A stretch of DNA of 64,000 nt. Source: Amoebophrya sp. A120 (lineage: Eukaryota > Protista > Dinoflagellata). The stretch is from positions 3,649,378 through 3,713,377 of the forward strand of contig CAJINV010000003.1 in NCBI GenBank assembly GCA_905178155.1, in the 5' to 3' direction. The first letter of the stretch is position 1; the number at the start of each line of letters is the position of its first letter. A program made the position numbers and the translations under genes. The notes under the pieces were generated by a model. That model was not told the origin of the DNA. It made no database searches and worked only from the letters and a program-made list of their open reading frames with translations. Shown here piece by piece: positions 11,406 through 26,116 of this stretch.

Positions 11406-12253
11406 TTCTCGACATAGTATCTTCTTGCTGGTTCTTCATCCCCAGTAACGGTAATCCTTTTATATCACGGATGAAGTGAACAAATCACGGTGTACACATA
11501 ACTATCCAGCGCCTCGCCGCGTTGTCCGCTTAGTGTAACGCGTATCTTGCGACATTGGCAAACACAAAGTGAAAAAGCCTTCTCGACCATATAATACCAC
11601 CTGATCAACCATGCCGAAGATCAAGATCTTCATCAAATCGTGATCGTATTGCTTCCAAAGGTGATGACGTCCAACGCGGCCGATAGACAGAGACGACAAA
11701 ACCACCCACCATGAGATACTACAGCGAACGTGATTTCTGACTGAAAACGTTTCAATAGTCTGGCGCAAGCTAAGTTAGTACCTTTCAGGGCACAGACATG
11801 TTCGAGTTCGCGCCGGTCACGGCAACATAAATGCTTAGCCAATCGGCCATCTTTCATGAAGCTCCCCTTGAGAAGCCGTTGGGCATTTAACAAAATCTCA
11901 CTCGAATCGAGATGAACGAGAAGTAGAAGTTGTCATTCTACATTACTTAAGGAAACTTTCACTTTGTATCTCCGGCGTGTAGGAGAATTGTAGGACTTAA
12001 GATGGTGCACGAACCCGCCTGCGTGAGCGAGATACAAAACCAAAAAAAAAAATAGGACGTAGTACGATATCAAGTACCCCGATAATTTACCTCTGGTGTG
12101 CGAGTATTATTCCTAGCTTGTGACAGTCAATGAATGCATTTGAGCAAAAGTTGTCATGGAAAAAGACACACTTCTCTAAAAACCAAAAGCACGAGCTATC
12201 GATCGAATATAAGAAAGAAGTAGTGACAAAATCCAGCACTTACACTGCTGCCT

Positions 12254-14954
12254 TCACTCTTCAGCAGGGAGACATTGGGGCTCGTCCAATTTTGGAAGCA
12301 GAATCTCTGTTAAGTTGTAGCGGATATAGTAGGCAGCATGGAATGGCTCACCGAGCACGACAGCGACACTAGAACCCAATTCTTCCGTCCGAAAACCAAT
12401 GAGCGTCTCCTGAACAACTATACGACTAATCATGTCGTGAGACGGATAAACGGCGTCACCGTAGCCTGGTAATTTCGCGCCGGGAGTCTTGCAGTAGTCC
12501 CGCGGGCTTATGACGTACCAGTAGGGCATGCCGGGTGTCTCCTCGAAGTCAACATTTGCAGCGAGTTGGCCCGATGTCAGTAGAAAACACCACCACACCA
12601 CACCCATGCAACGAAGTCTCATGCTTCCCCCGATTTGCTGCATTTCTGTACGCAACTGGTCATGTCATGTGGTAGGGGGGCACTCGCACCTTCATCCATT
12701 GTTCTCTCTGCGTACTGCCAAATCTACACAAGTGTACTACCTCCCTGCTTCACTTTCCTGCGAAACAGACTTATACGTACGGATGTCGAGTGAAAAATCG
12801 TATTGCGTGTGCCACTTGAAGACTTCAGGTGTAAGGTGGTGTGAGGGCTTCTTATTTTGATATCTTCGCCTATCTCTACAGCTACACCTATGCTAGGGCC
12901 TTGGAAGCAGTCTCTTGATGCTGCCGTTGCAAGCCAAAAAGACTCTACAAATTGATGCCACACGGGCCGTGCGAGTCGTATTGTGGGCGAGCCCGAATCT
13001 AGAATCCCCTTCATCCCATCGAGGAGGGGATCGAAGAACCTGGCATAAGCTCCAAATGACGTGATCCTGTCCGTGACTGACCCGCTCTGAAAGATTGCGA
13101 CGGAACGAAGATCCACTGTCATGTAAATTTCGTCGTTTTTAAAGCGCTCAAGCGTGGAAGGGAAGCGAAGCAAGAACCGGGCAGGCGCCGGCGCGTGCAC
13201 GACAACCAGCTTCGACGACCTACGGACACCTCTCCTGTGAGGACCACCAAGCAACGGATGCCGCTGTCTGTTCTCGACTGTGCTGTCTTCGGCCCCCGAC
13301 GAGAACGCGCAACCGCAGGCCGCGAGGGGTCTCTCGGAGTCGTCTGCGTCGTTTTCAACAACTACGTCATGATGGTAGACATAATTCACTACACCAGGAT
13401 GTCGAGCGCAATCATCTTGAGAAAACCCATCTGCCACTCGAAGCACCTTCTCTCTGAAAACGTCGGGTGTCTTACGCCGCCACACAGCTTCAGGCCCCCA
13501 CAGTTGGTGTAGTACCTGCCGCTCGTAGTTGTTCTGCATCATTTCCTCGGTCGTTGGCCAATGGGAACTACGGTGAGGTTCTTGGATATCGTCCCACGCA
13601 TTCGCATTCCAGAAGACCTTTCCTCTTCCATTCTTGGAAAAAGTCGCCCGGTCGAGTTTGTGGTCCAGAAACTGTGGAGTGGCTTGATGGTCCTGAGCGT
13701 GGTCCCCAGATGAACCACGCTTGGGACGAGTGGCAGGTGATTTCGCCGAAGCCGGGGACGCTTTGGAGGCACCACGCGCGCCGCCCCCGCCCACCGGCGG
13801 GATTTTCATCGGTGATCCATCGGACTCAGGTCGGTGTACGGTACCAGGCGGGGGGAGAAGCTCAACCGTGCCGTTTGTCGGAAGGGGGTGTAGGGGTTCT
13901 CCGTCGTGTGGTGTAGTAGGAGCCTGCGGCTCAGCAGTCGTGCGCCCAGGTAGTACTTCGGGCGGACCGCGTTCGGGAGTACCCGACGAGGCTGCACCTC
14001 CCGCCCCTGGAAAAAATGCCGAAAGGTGCGCCGCTTCGGTTGTTGTGGTGGTTGTAGTAGTGGTGGTCTTGTCTTGCGCTGCAGAGGCAAGAGTTATGAA
14101 TTTGCAAAAAGTCGATATTTCTCGGAGGTGAAGCTGCTCCCGCACATAATGTCTAAACCTTCTCGAAACGCAGGCCAGTATCGTATAGCGACTTTCAACT
14201 ACAAACCATGCAAACACATCATGACTAGTAGCCCTAAGACCAGCTGTGTCACGTGAAAATGATGAACCGCCCATCATACTTACACAGCTTCATCATCATC
14301 CAGCAAAAAGAAAAACTGAATGTATACAACTACAGCTGCAGAAATGAATCATTCTCCATCTAGATGAATCAACGCACCGGCTTAGGCTGTAGCTTTACCA
14401 CCAGCGAGAAATAAGAACTCCTCCTCCGCCCTCCTACTGATGCAGCACCAGGCAGACGTCCCAACGATCGTGATGAGCAAGAGAGTACCCAAAATGATCA
14501 GGGTCACTGCGACGGGGTTCTGGCAGAGCTTGCGACAGCTGAATTCCGAGGCCGCGAATCGCTCGCTGCGTATGTCCTTGTTGTAATCTGTTGGGTAGTC
14601 GTACTCCTCCGACTGAGATGCTGGCGCACTAGCGGTACTATTACCTGGTGACGTGACGCTGTCCTTTGCAACCCGACCGGAGGACGTCGGATGTTGGCGC
14701 CGATCGAAGTTGCCGCTCGAGAGGGCCAGTGGCCCACTCGGGGGCCCCCGTTTGCTGTTCTCCCGCGGGCCGGAGCCAGATACTAGCGGTGGTGGATCAG
14801 ACCGGCGAGGGCCGACGTCATCTACTTCTTCTTCTTGTTGGACAACCGCTATTTTGCGGAAGGGATTGTCCCGATCCAGCAACATTTCTGTCTCGCTCGT
14901 CCTCGGGCGAGGAATCTCCGGGAAACTCCCGGAGTTGCCCTCGTCCTCCTGCAT
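12254..14954 (-). CDS. Hypothetical multi-exon protein(s) with a TM segment and a possible F-box-like segment
   Basis: Three consecutive minus-strand ORFs (14382-14954, 12724-14277, 12254-12655). They can be joined by in-phase GT-AG introns at 14244-14398 and 12656-12780. Hydrophobic helix VAVTLIILGTLLLITIVG. ILACVSRRFR is F-box-like. This could instead be two genes. Confidence 0.4.
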
Positions 14955-16574
14955 CTTGATCTACTTCAATATTAAAGGACCCAATCGTATTGCCATTTTG
15001 ATTTGGCCCGCAAAAGGTGATTTAACTTTGAACATTCTGATAAATATATCATCCTTCGCACCGGTGAACCATCTGGTGTGCTCGCCCGTACTGGCCACCA
15101 CAAAAATCTTGCAAAAAATCTACGTACATGTACCTACTCGTCATGTGAAACGACGTGGCAAGAAATGGGGCAACCTGAAAATAGAAAAAATGTTTCCGTA
15201 GAAATGCGCTAAACGGAACCAGTATACACACGTCCAATTTGCGGTGTCCTCCATGTCGTACGGTTTTTCCCATACCAAGAATTTTCTTGCGATTCTTGCG
15301 GTTACCTTGTAGGCAACGGATACTCTATTACCGACAACCGGGACCGACGGCGCGATGCTACTTACATTCACTTTCATTTTAGAGCAATCAGCTGATGTTC
15401 TCATACCGATGCGGACAGCCTCAGCCCCGGAACAGACGGCGCGCAGTAATAAAAAAACTCAACTGATGACAGAATCAGGAAAAAACACCGAGTCCGACTC
15501 CGTTTTTTGACAAAAATACAGCAACCGAAACCGACTTAACTGTGCAGACCATGGCGGCCTCGTTGAGGTCTTCATGCAGTGTTGTACCTTTTGCTGCGAT
15601 TCGTCGCGAACACATCTCTGCCATTCAGAACCAGACAGAGCAAACGGCAGACATTCATCTTCACAGCTGCACGATTATACCTCCTCTTTTTCTTCTTGTC
15701 GTCGTTATGTTTCTTTTCAGAAGGGATCTAATACGATCCTGAAGAATTGTTCTTGTCCACCTTGTCCTTGTGCGTAAGAAATAAAAAAATATGCGAGCTC
15801 GCCTTCAGCTCCGCTTTCGAAGCTTGCGCTGTTTTCCCACACTCAACACAAATGAGCACGCCAATTATTGCACGGGGAGATTTTCTTCTGCCAAAGAACG
15901 AATCCCGAAGGGGACTCCTCTGCTCGTCAATTTTGGAGTTAGAAGTCCTAATGGCGCTGAGAGGTTCTCGATGTCTCCCGCTTTACAGTCGCCTCAAATA
16001 AGTAGAAGAAGATTTGTCGTCAATAGTACATAGAAAAAGGTAAAGCCAGAAGTTGTCGCTGCGTGTGCGTCAATAACCAAAATGTAGAAAATGCAACGAC
16101 TACTCCTGTGTGTTAGGTTTTGCTTCGAAGATTTTAGTCTTCCCAAAGTTACATAGATTGGAGCCGAACTTCTGCGTAGAAAATTTATTACATAGCGAAT
16201 AGTGGAACAGCGCAAGACCGCCGCTGCTCGTACATAGGGTTTTAAAATAGCGTTGATAATCAAATACATGCTTCGACTTTTAGATGATGTGTGTCTACCT
16301 TTACTTTTTAGCCATGAAGATCTCTTTAAAAAATACTACGAGAGAATGCTCCCCACTGAAGATGACCTGAATCAGTAAATTTCTTTTTGATTGTTGCGCG
16401 CCTGCCATACATGGGCGAACGCAACGGACGGTTTTGCACCTTTAGATCGCAGAGACGTTGTTTTTACAAAGGCAAAGGAACTTCCAGGATCAGTGAGTTG
16501 AGATCCTAGGCTCGACGTCGGAACAACTCTTGCGAGGATGACGAAATGCGCTAGAGATTGCTTCTAGTTTTGTG

Positions 16575-19500
16575 CTATGAGGCTGCCTGCACCGCTGCCT
16601 GTAGCGGACGACGAGGAGAGGGCGACGCACTCTCGAGGGCCAAGGCGTTGAAGGGCCTTCTTTTCTGGCCCCGCCCCGGAGTGGAGGAGAGTTTGCCCAG
16701 CGGACTGTTTTCTGACTTGGAGCGCGGCCGCTTTTGGCTCTCTGGTGTAGTAGTAGTTCTAGGTGACGTGTTCGTGTCCACAAAATCGGCCGATGCCATC
16801 CCTCCTTGCACTGATTCGCCAGGATCTTGCGCGACTGTGTTTTCTTTTTTACCAGTTGTCCCTGAAGCTGAACACGCCGACCCGGCTGCCTCTTTATGCT
16901 CGTCGCTTCCGGCGCAGTATGCCAGCCGCTCACCCACGGACCTGGTTGCTCCTGTGCTTGGATGCGTATCCCTCGGAGATGCGGTGGCTCTTTCGGCTGC
17001 TGCGTCGGTTGGAGGACGTATTGCACACGAGTCGCTTTTGGAGCCGACGTCGAGATGGACATTCGTTGCCGTTAACTTCGCTGTCGTGACTTGTGCTCTA
17101 TCCTCCGAATTGTCATCAGCTTCATCACCGTCCTTACCGAGTGGAGTTCTACTCCGATCGTCGTGCTCCGCTTCTTCTCGTCCCACCGCTGCGCTGCTAG
17201 TGAAAGTTGCGCAGCTACCTTGAACAAGCAGCGGGGCCCCCGCTGCAAGTTCTTCCGGCGCAACTACAGCCGTTTCCGCGACACCAAGGGGCTCAGCGCA
17301 GCTGCAAGTGCTGACTGGAGCGACAGCAACATCGACGCCAGAGCTACTAGGCTCTCCCTCGTGGTCGTGGGCGCCTGAGCTGCTAGACCCGCAGCGAGTG
17401 CTCTCGTCCGAGACATTTGGGCCTCCCTTCTTGCTCTCCGTGTAGATGTCTGTGGCTGTGAGCTGGTTCCCGTTCGTCGCCGGTTTGGGACAAATTCCGC
17501 GCTTTCCACCTTGCAGATACGATTCGGCTTCCCGAGAACAGTGTTGAAGATCATCCCTCGTGGCCGCGGACTTTTCTGGGTTATTGTGCGACGGTTCTGG
17601 TACAGGCGCTGATGTGCACGTTTCCACATCCGCAATTGCTTCCTCAGAACTTCTATGCCGTGCCGCAGCTGCTCCAGTAGCGGATGTTGTTGATTCCTGT
17701 TGTTCACCGACACTGGAGTTTGATGTTTTTCCCTGCGTGTTTTCAGCAGCTTTCGTACTACTACTCCCTACCTCCGCTTCTTCGTCTTCGTTCGCACAGT
17801 CAACATTAGCTTGTAGTTCTTCCATACTGCCGTCGACTGTTTCCACGACCTGCTTGCCAGCATTGCATTTGTTATTGGTTTTCTTGTTCGCTTTTTGTTT
17901 TTTGTTCATCCTGCCCGTAGAAGTAATAGTTGCGCTTGCGCAACCGCTTCTACTTCGGCTATCGTGTTCGCCTCCGTCCCCGACTTCGCCCGAGGGGGCT
18001 GCATCATTTTCATCTGCCACCGCCTCGTACACGACTGGCTCCGACTGGCTGCGATTCAACACGTCTACGCCGTCGCCGGGCACTGTCACGTCTACATGAT
18101 TTTTTCCGCCCGCAGACACCTTCCTCCGGCCTTTTGGTGTGGTGGTTTTCTTGGGTGTCGTGGTCTTCTTATTTTTTCCGCCAGAACTGCTGGACGATGA
18201 CGAGCTGCTGCTACATGACGTGGCAGAAGCGGCGGAAGAGCGTCTTGATGTTGACCCGGCGGGGTGTAGAAGTTGGCCTTCTTGCTGTTGGGCGGTCATC
18301 TGCTTCTTCATCGACTGCCGATGCGCTACGGATACCTTTCCCGCGCGAGACTTGTTTTCCTCGAGCTTCGAAGGGGAAGCCACGGTAATCATGGTGGTTT
18401 CCGTCACAGACAACGTGGACAAACCCCGCGCTCCTCGCTTGTTGTCCTGTTTTTTTTTCCGGCGCAAAGATTTTTCATGGTTGCACTTCAACTTCTAGTG
18501 AGTAGATCCCCATCCCCCCCTCGAAATGAAACTACTTAAAAATGCAATAGATAAAAGATAAAGATTGAAGAAGATGATAATCATAATCATGCAATTCCTC
18601 GTGTTAGCAAATAATCTATACGGCTCGCTCCGGAGGCGGCGAGGTCGATACCGGGACCTGCTTCAGTAATCTACTCGCAGCTTCACGGTGGTTTTGGACC
18701 TGCTGAAAGACACCCTTGGGAAGCAGATCCTTCACTAGGCCCGTCGTTCGCTTGTCCCGCAAGTACCGCTGGATCGTCTGAAAACTCGCGTCGAAGACCG
18801 TCTTGATGTTGTTCCAGCGAAATGCCTTGGCACCCAGATCGATTTTACTGTTCACTGGCGAAAGTACGGACAGGCTAGTTCCGTTGCAGGGAGCAGGTTG
18901 CCTGAAAAGTGTATCACATCAGCCACGGTTATTCATTTTAGGACAAAATCACGAACAAGGATACACTCCTCTTCCATGTGGATAGTTCCAATTCATGTAA
19001 AATTCGACCGGCAAACGAAAAGCATTCGGCGTTGTAATCAAACTAGATGCTTGGAGGGGTGCTATCCTATTCTACTGCGACCAGGTGCTCGTATTTAACA
19101 AATAAATCGACCAAGTACCTCGAAAAGATCTGTGCAACTGTTTTCTTCCTTTCTGTGCGAAAACTGATTGTTTCCCCGTGATAAATCTTTCCGTAGAACT
19201 GGAAAAACTCATACAGCTCGCGCACCGCACTTCGTGCAGGAAGAACTCGGTCTTGTCTCTTGCGATGCTGTGCCTCGTCCCGCATAAAATACGCCACTAG
19301 GATGCCAAGCAGAAAGCTGCCACAACCGCCGGAGAATGTGTCGTGTAGGTTGTGGCTTGCCAACAGATACTTAGCGAACATGAGCACCAATCGAAAGCGC
19401 TCCGGGTATTGGCCCCTAGAAAAAAAATTGCATTGGGTAAGGACTTGTGGGTCACGCACCATTCTTAGAAACAACCAGGTCCACCATTTCTATTTTACTA

Positions 19501-22500
19501 TACTAGCAAGTACTACATAATCATGATTTAATTTTCATCATTCATAAAGGCTGAAAATATAGCAGCTACCTTTTCATTTCCGCTTGAATCCACTCCGTCG
19601 TCTTGATTCCTTCGGGTGAGAATACCATGTCCGTTTCAATTCGATCCTCACGCATCAACTTCAGCACCGGCATCGAGGCTGTGCTTATCACCTGTAATTC
19701 AATTCAACATTTGGATATGCGTCGGTAGGATAAAATTACGGATACGGATTCATGCTATTTCAGAATGTCCACATTGATTCGAAGATCGATAGGGCGGTCG
19801 TCTTTGTCAAGATTCAAGAGAGGGTAATAAAAGCTCTCCTGCACCAAAGTAGAGTCATGCCAAACAAGAAGCCAGGTTTATCAGTTCTTCATCACAAACT
19901 CTTCTTGCGGAGGTCATTTATTTCTTCTTGCAGCTTGTAGCTTTTTCTTCTGAAGAGTAGTACTATTACTAGATCAAGCTTCGGAATAAAAGTACCTGGG
20001 TATTCACCACCGGCGGGCTGCACTGCTGTTCGATCGCCTGGCGGATTCTTTCCATGCAGTCGTGCGTCTGACTCGGACGGTGCAAGGCCTCGGGGATGGA
20101 ATGCTTCGATGTGACCGTCGAGCTCGTCGAAGAGGGTGCTACGTCCTCCGAGGACTTCGAGTCCCGTGTGTCCTTGCTGCCCACGACCGCACTGCTCCTC
20201 GGGTCCGTCCCCTTCTTCACAGTGATGCACACATCGACGTCGGCTGTGTACAGGGCAAGGTTGCTTTTCAGCGAGCCGAACACCTCCAGGTCGTGTTCGC
20301 ACAGGATGCCACGAAGTTCGTCGACCCACGAGAGACGTTGCTTTTTCTCGTCTGCACTCATCTGCACTTGCTCCAGGAAGGCGAACAACTCCTCGTCGAG
20401 GGCTTTCTCCACCTCCTTGTTGTAGGGAAGCACCGCCTCATACGCAGGCTGCGGTGCGAGGAACTGTGTCGCAGCACCGAACGCATGATTCGCCGTGTGG
20501 GCGGGCATCAAGTTGTAACCGGTAGCCCGTGTGGTTGGTTGCGCCATGACGTGGGAGCCGACGTTGTGGTGATTTTGCGGCATCATGAACACGCCCGTGC
20601 ACGTACCCGTGTTGACAGCGCCGGCGGGCCCGGCAACAAATTGCATCGGAACCGGCATGATCACCCCGTTCTGCATGGTGCTATAGAAGGGTGCAACCTG
20701 TCCACCTTGCGAGAGTGCGAGAACTGGATGCGGGCAACCGAGCGCCATCTGGGGCTGATGTTGCTTTTTGTTCGCTGACTGCGTCGCCAGGCCGGCCTGC
20801 TGCTGCGCCGCAACAGCTACAGCGACTTGCTGATTGTAGTTGGCCGGGAGAGTCGGCGTCGTGTTATTTGCGGTTAGTAGCGTTTGTGGTTCCTGTTGCA
20901 TATTACCTGCGGCATGCACTAGTTGCTCATGTGCTTGATTGTTGAACTGGCCACTCTGCACCCCGCTCTGGAGATGAGAATGCATCTGTGTAGTCCCGCC
21001 TCCAGCAGCTTGCGGTTGATGTCCTAGTAACGTCTGCGAAATCTGTTGCAACAGCCCTGCCTGTTGTTGCTCCAGCGCTATGCCCTCTCGTTGCGCCATC
21101 GCTATGCTCTTCACGCACTCTTGATAGGCCTGAAGCTGATGCGGTTTGAGATTTTGCGTGGCCATGTGCCCGAGTTGCAAGAGCTGCAGTGGGTGCAGTT
21201 GCGTTTGATTATCGGGCGGCACCGTCGGGCTCAGCGGTATTCCGCTTGTTACAGGAGCTGAGCCGGGGCGTGTCGGAGGCACTGTAGTACCTCCATTCAT
21301 TCCCTGTCCCACGCGACTACTCTCCTGCTGCTGCTGCTGCAATTGATGCGGCTGTTGTTGAAACAAGCCGCCGACGCCAGGCGCGGAGTACGCACCTGCA
21401 ACGCCAGCCCGCAGGCCCTGCATCGCAGCGCCGGTGGACGAATGACTACTCCGACTCGACGCCGAAGAGGGCGTGGCCGGCACAGACATGTTCCGAGTCA
21501 ACGACGTCCCGGTCGCGCATCCATTTGTTCCAGTACTACCGGTATTGAGCATTGCTCCCGGCTGTGCGATCTGCAGCGGTGCCGAACTAGACACAGTGCC
21601 CGATCTTGTTGATCCGGCTTGTTTCAAACTTGCGAAAGAGGCGGATGACGAGGAAGCGGGCGCAGTGCCGACCTGCAACGTGCTAGAAGCAGCGCTAGGT
21701 CCGCATCGCAGTACGGTGGAATGTTGAAACGAGTTAGTGGTGCTGCTGCTGTGCTGCATCATGCTTGCTCCACCTGCTGTGTCACGACTGCCACCGGTAG
21801 TTCCGGCGAAACTGGTCTGCGACGTTGTCGTCGTCACGTTTTCTTGCAAACCGCCAACTCCGGCGGATGTGACACTCTTATTCGACGGGGAGCTGTTCGT
21901 GGTGGTGCCACCCCCCGACTGCAGTCCAGAATTATGCTGGTTTCGTGCTTGGTTAGAGGAAAACTGTGCGATGGCATCGTTGAGCATGGCTCCTGTAGAG
22001 GGCGTCACCGAGCCAATGGACGCCGACGTCCCACACTGCGAATTGTGCGAAGATGCGGAGGATGATCCGCCCACCTGGCCAGCTTGCTCCGCCGGCCGAT
22101 TCGGGGTGAGCGCGAGCCGTTCCAGAGTGTAGCTTCCGCCACCTGGTTGTGTATCGCGGAGATACAAACTTCCATCTCCGATGTCTACCACATCCTTCCC
22201 GTCCTTCAAAGTGGCATACACGTTCATCTGCGTTCCTGCGCTGACCTGTTGCCATTTCATTTTCAAACAGATTGCTCTTTGTCTAAAAAGATCCCCGAAC
22301 AGGAGAAGTAGGCACATTGTACTTGGAAAAAACATAAAAACCACCATGGATTCCGAGCCCGAGAAGGAGAACTAGAACACGTTCCCGCGCATAAAAATCT
22401 ACTTATCTACTTTTCGCTTTTCTGCGACAGCCACAGCGACGAGAATTGTGTGCATAAAAAGTAAACAGTAACCTAGTACCTGGATGGTGCCCGCTGGAGA

Positions 22501-24531
22501 CTGTTGCGCTACACTTGGAGAAGCCAGTGCTTTGGTCGAAGCTCCTGGGGTGCGTGATGAAGACTGAGCGGAGGGAGATGTTCCTTGTAGTGCCTTCGTA
22601 CTTTTGCCTGCCACCCCGGCGTACAAGGTCTTTTCCGCCGGCAAGTCGCTGAAAACCTTAGTCTTCATCTGATATCCTTGAAACGCAGCAGCTGCTCCTG
22701 GCCCTGGTGCTACTGCGTGCTGCGCATGATCAGCGTAAGAATCGTTTCTGGCGTTCTTGTTTTTCTGCTGCCTGCTTGTACCCGCAGTTGCACTACTACC
22801 GGCGCTTCCGTTCTCGTAACTGCGCGCGGGCCCGCCGTAAGCGGAAAGGTTTGCATTCTGCTGGCCGCGCTCGTGTTGCTGCGTCCCCGTGGTGGAATTC
22901 GAATTTTGGCGGTTGTACTGCAGCTGCACGTGAGTGCCGTCTCTCTGCTTCACGAAGACGGGCCCCTGTGTAGCCAAGGTGCGCAAGACGGGATTGAAAA
23001 TGTGATTCGCATGATATATGTGCGTCTCGCTCGTGAATCGGTCTGGTTTCGTCCCTTTATGATCCTTCTTCTTGTTGGGCCCGCCTTTTTGGTAGCTATT
23101 CGCGCCCCCGGTCTGCTTCCCGGACGGCAGCGAACCACCTCCCTCGTGCGGATTATTATACTGGTGCGCTCCTTTCTGGTGACCTCTGCCCGAGGGTGCG
23201 GACTTATTTTTGCCCTTCCCTTTGCTTCCTTTGTGTGATGAAGATGTCGCTGCAGCCGTGCTCGACGCCACCGTGCCGCCGTTGGTCCAGCTGGGGTCTG
23301 ATGATGTTGCGACGTGCTCAGACGCGGACGTCGCACCGAACACTTTGCTTGCTGTCGTGCTGGTCGCCGGTGGGTCTGGCTGGCCCCCCCGCGCGCCCCC
23401 GGCCGTGATGGTAAATGTTTCCGCGTTTTTCTGCTTCTTTTTCTTCGAGGACTTGGACGCTGTGGACGTCGCACTGGAAGTACTGCTGCTGGGGAGTCTT
23501 TTTCCAGGCTGCTGGTCCTTCTTTTGCCGGAGCGTGGCGCCGGCGGAATTACTACTACCGTGTAGAAGTTGTTGTTCTCCCTCGCGCGTGGACGCCGAGC
23601 TGCGTGGCTCGTCCGGCCCTACTAGCGCCGGCGGGTGATGAACTTCTATGGCAGACGACGCGTGGTCGACCTCCTCCGCCCCAAGAACCCGTCCCCGCGT
23701 AGAGGACGTAGTGCTCACTTGATCGATGGAGCCAGCCCGCGTGGCGGCGGCGGTGGACGAGCCCGCGGTGCGGTCCGGCGCGTGCGACCCGGACGAGGAC
23801 GACGTCGTCGCCGGCGTGGGTGCGTCGTTGCTGCTCTTCTCGGCCTCCAGGCTGTCGCGTCTCGTCGTGGGGAGTCCGCGCACGACGAGCTTTTCCGGCA
23901 CTTCCAGCGTCGCCGCAGACACATGATCCAGGTCTGGCGTCACCGACTTATTTCGAAACGACGACCACCTCTCCTGCGGATTCAGTTGCTGCTGCGGCGC
24001 CGCCCCTGTAGTGGCCGACGAGAGAATTATGTTTGCGGAAGATGATCCAGTGCTGGACGAGCACGCGGAGCTGCACGCGGACGAAGAAACATTACAACCG
24101 GGGGCCGCACCCGCCGCCGCGCTCGTCGTTGCGTGAACCACCGAACTTGGGGTCGCCTGGTTCAGTTGTTGTTCGGAGCCTGCTGTTGACGAACGATGTG
24201 TAGTGTGCTGCGGGGTCGAGGCACTGCTGCAGCTTGCCCCGCCGCCACCCTTTGCTCCCAGGGTGGGAAAGGCCTTTTCATCCTGCAGGTCTTCCAACGA
24301 TTTGGCGCGCACGGCATTTTCCTCAATCGTGGGCGTGCAGAAGGAACTCGAAGAATTCTTGTTCTTCCCTTTCTGCTTGGATTGTGGCTGCGGGTGATGC
24401 AGCTGAACAGTGCCAGCACTCGAGCAGCTCGCGCCGCTGCCCTTCCTCTTGTTGTACCTCCCGTCCGGTGGGCTGGAACTTGACGCGCTCTTGTCCTGCT
24501 CTCGACTTCGAGCGGATATCGGAGGCGACAT
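16575..24531 (-). CDS. Trf4/PAPD5-like non-canonical poly(A) polymerase / terminal nucleotidyltransferase, ~2306 aa with long low-complexity arms
   Basis: Pol-beta motif VFGS......TADVDV, then ASMPVLKL, LVLMFAKYLL..HNLHDTFSGGCGSFLL and LSVLSPVNSKIDLG. GT-AG introns at 22246-22479, 19692-19995, 19416-19569, 18902-19118 and 18495-18621 give 6921 nt in frame. Confidence 0.85.
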
Positions 24532-26116
24532 GATTCAAGGATGAAATTACCTAGTGTCTCAAGGACATAATTCCTAGGAGTAACCAGTGTTGGTCGTGGG
24601 GGCCGGTCTCAACACGGACGACGCCTTTTATACACACACACGGACCACCAACGACCACGCCCTCCTTCTTCTATAATCGGTTCCCCTTGCACACTTCAAT
24701 TGATGAAAATTTATTACCCAGTCTGCCGTGTAAAAACGGAAAAATATCATGTAAAGTTTTGTGCGGAAGTTCTGTAGTAGAAGGTCTGAATTCGCTCGGC
24801 GTCTTCGCAGTTTTTCGGACCTGCTTTTTTGACGTTCCGCCTCGCCTCTCTCTTTCTTTGATTTTGAAACGGGAAGACAAAAAATATGAATAACCTACTC
24901 TACTCGTACTAGTAATGTTAATACTGACTCTTTGAATCTGGGACGAGATAGAACGCCTTAATACGCTAGGACTATCACTATGCTTGATTTAGGTACCTTT
25001 GTTTGAGTATGATAAAATGCCAATCGCTTCTGCCGGGTACAGACATCAAGCGACTCCAAAACTGAATGCAATGCTGCGTGCGCGCTGTACAATGCGTCTG
25101 CGCTACGCAGGCGTAGCGCATAGACCGTAAGTTGTTTGCGTGTGGGCAACGAGGTTTCGCGAGAAGAGTCGAAGAAGGTTGCAGCGTATCCAAAAAGCTA
25201 ACTGCACCTGGGCGTCTGTTTGTGGGGATACAAGCGATGCTGTTCAAAATGTATATGAACGCTGCTCCTGGAGCCCTTTTCGGTGGTGAGTGGGCTTTAT
25301 ACAATTACTCACTTCTACCACCGATGAAAGCAGTACTGCCCAGTAACGGCTGCAAGAGAATCAAAATTCCTCTACTCTTTCGATAAAAATGTGTAGTTTA
25401 TTTTTATTCTAAAATCGATAACTTTGTGTTGAGTGTGGCCTATTCTACACAGCTTGCTTAATGCGATAATTCAAGTACGGGGGTAGGGATATTGTTTTGT
25501 AGTAGAGGTAGAGGAGCAAAGGCAACCCTTCACTACGTTCTTACCCGTCAGCTCGGGAGGCTAGAGCTACAAAAGTAGTGTCGTCGGTCGTCGTCGTCGA
25601 ACTGGTAAGCAGTTGATTATTGTTGAAGTTGTGCCGTCGTTGTTCCTCGACATGGGGATCCATAAATTTGTGACCTACTTCGCTATTTCAACTGGATCTT
25701 CAGCGTACCGTATTTGATCGACAACGTCGGATTTCAGAACTTGAAAAATAGGGGATCTTTTTTCGCACTGTACGTGCTGGAACCCACATTCTTCACGAAT
25801 CAATTTTGATCAGAACTTGACATTGCTTTCACTTTCAACAATCGCTATGGACCACAAATAAAACACACCGATCCTTCACTAACGCGCACGATCAACATTT
25901 CAGAGTTTCTGCTCGTGCAAGCGACTTGTTGAAATTTCTAAAAGCGGCGCGCTCAAGCAGCCGCGAGCTTCGCGGTTGGCACGATTTGGATGGAGATATA
26001 ATATTTTCGCGTACTCAAGAGTTAGTATGCACGGGCGCTTTCTTATTGGGCTGTCTTTGAAAAGTATGACATGCAACAGTGCACGGTGACGGCGTTTTTG
26101 GAGCCACCTCTCACAC

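Noticed and set aside
15049-16269. Short ORFs between genes, possibly exons of a small gene
   Set aside because: I could not establish a motif or a consistent splice model.
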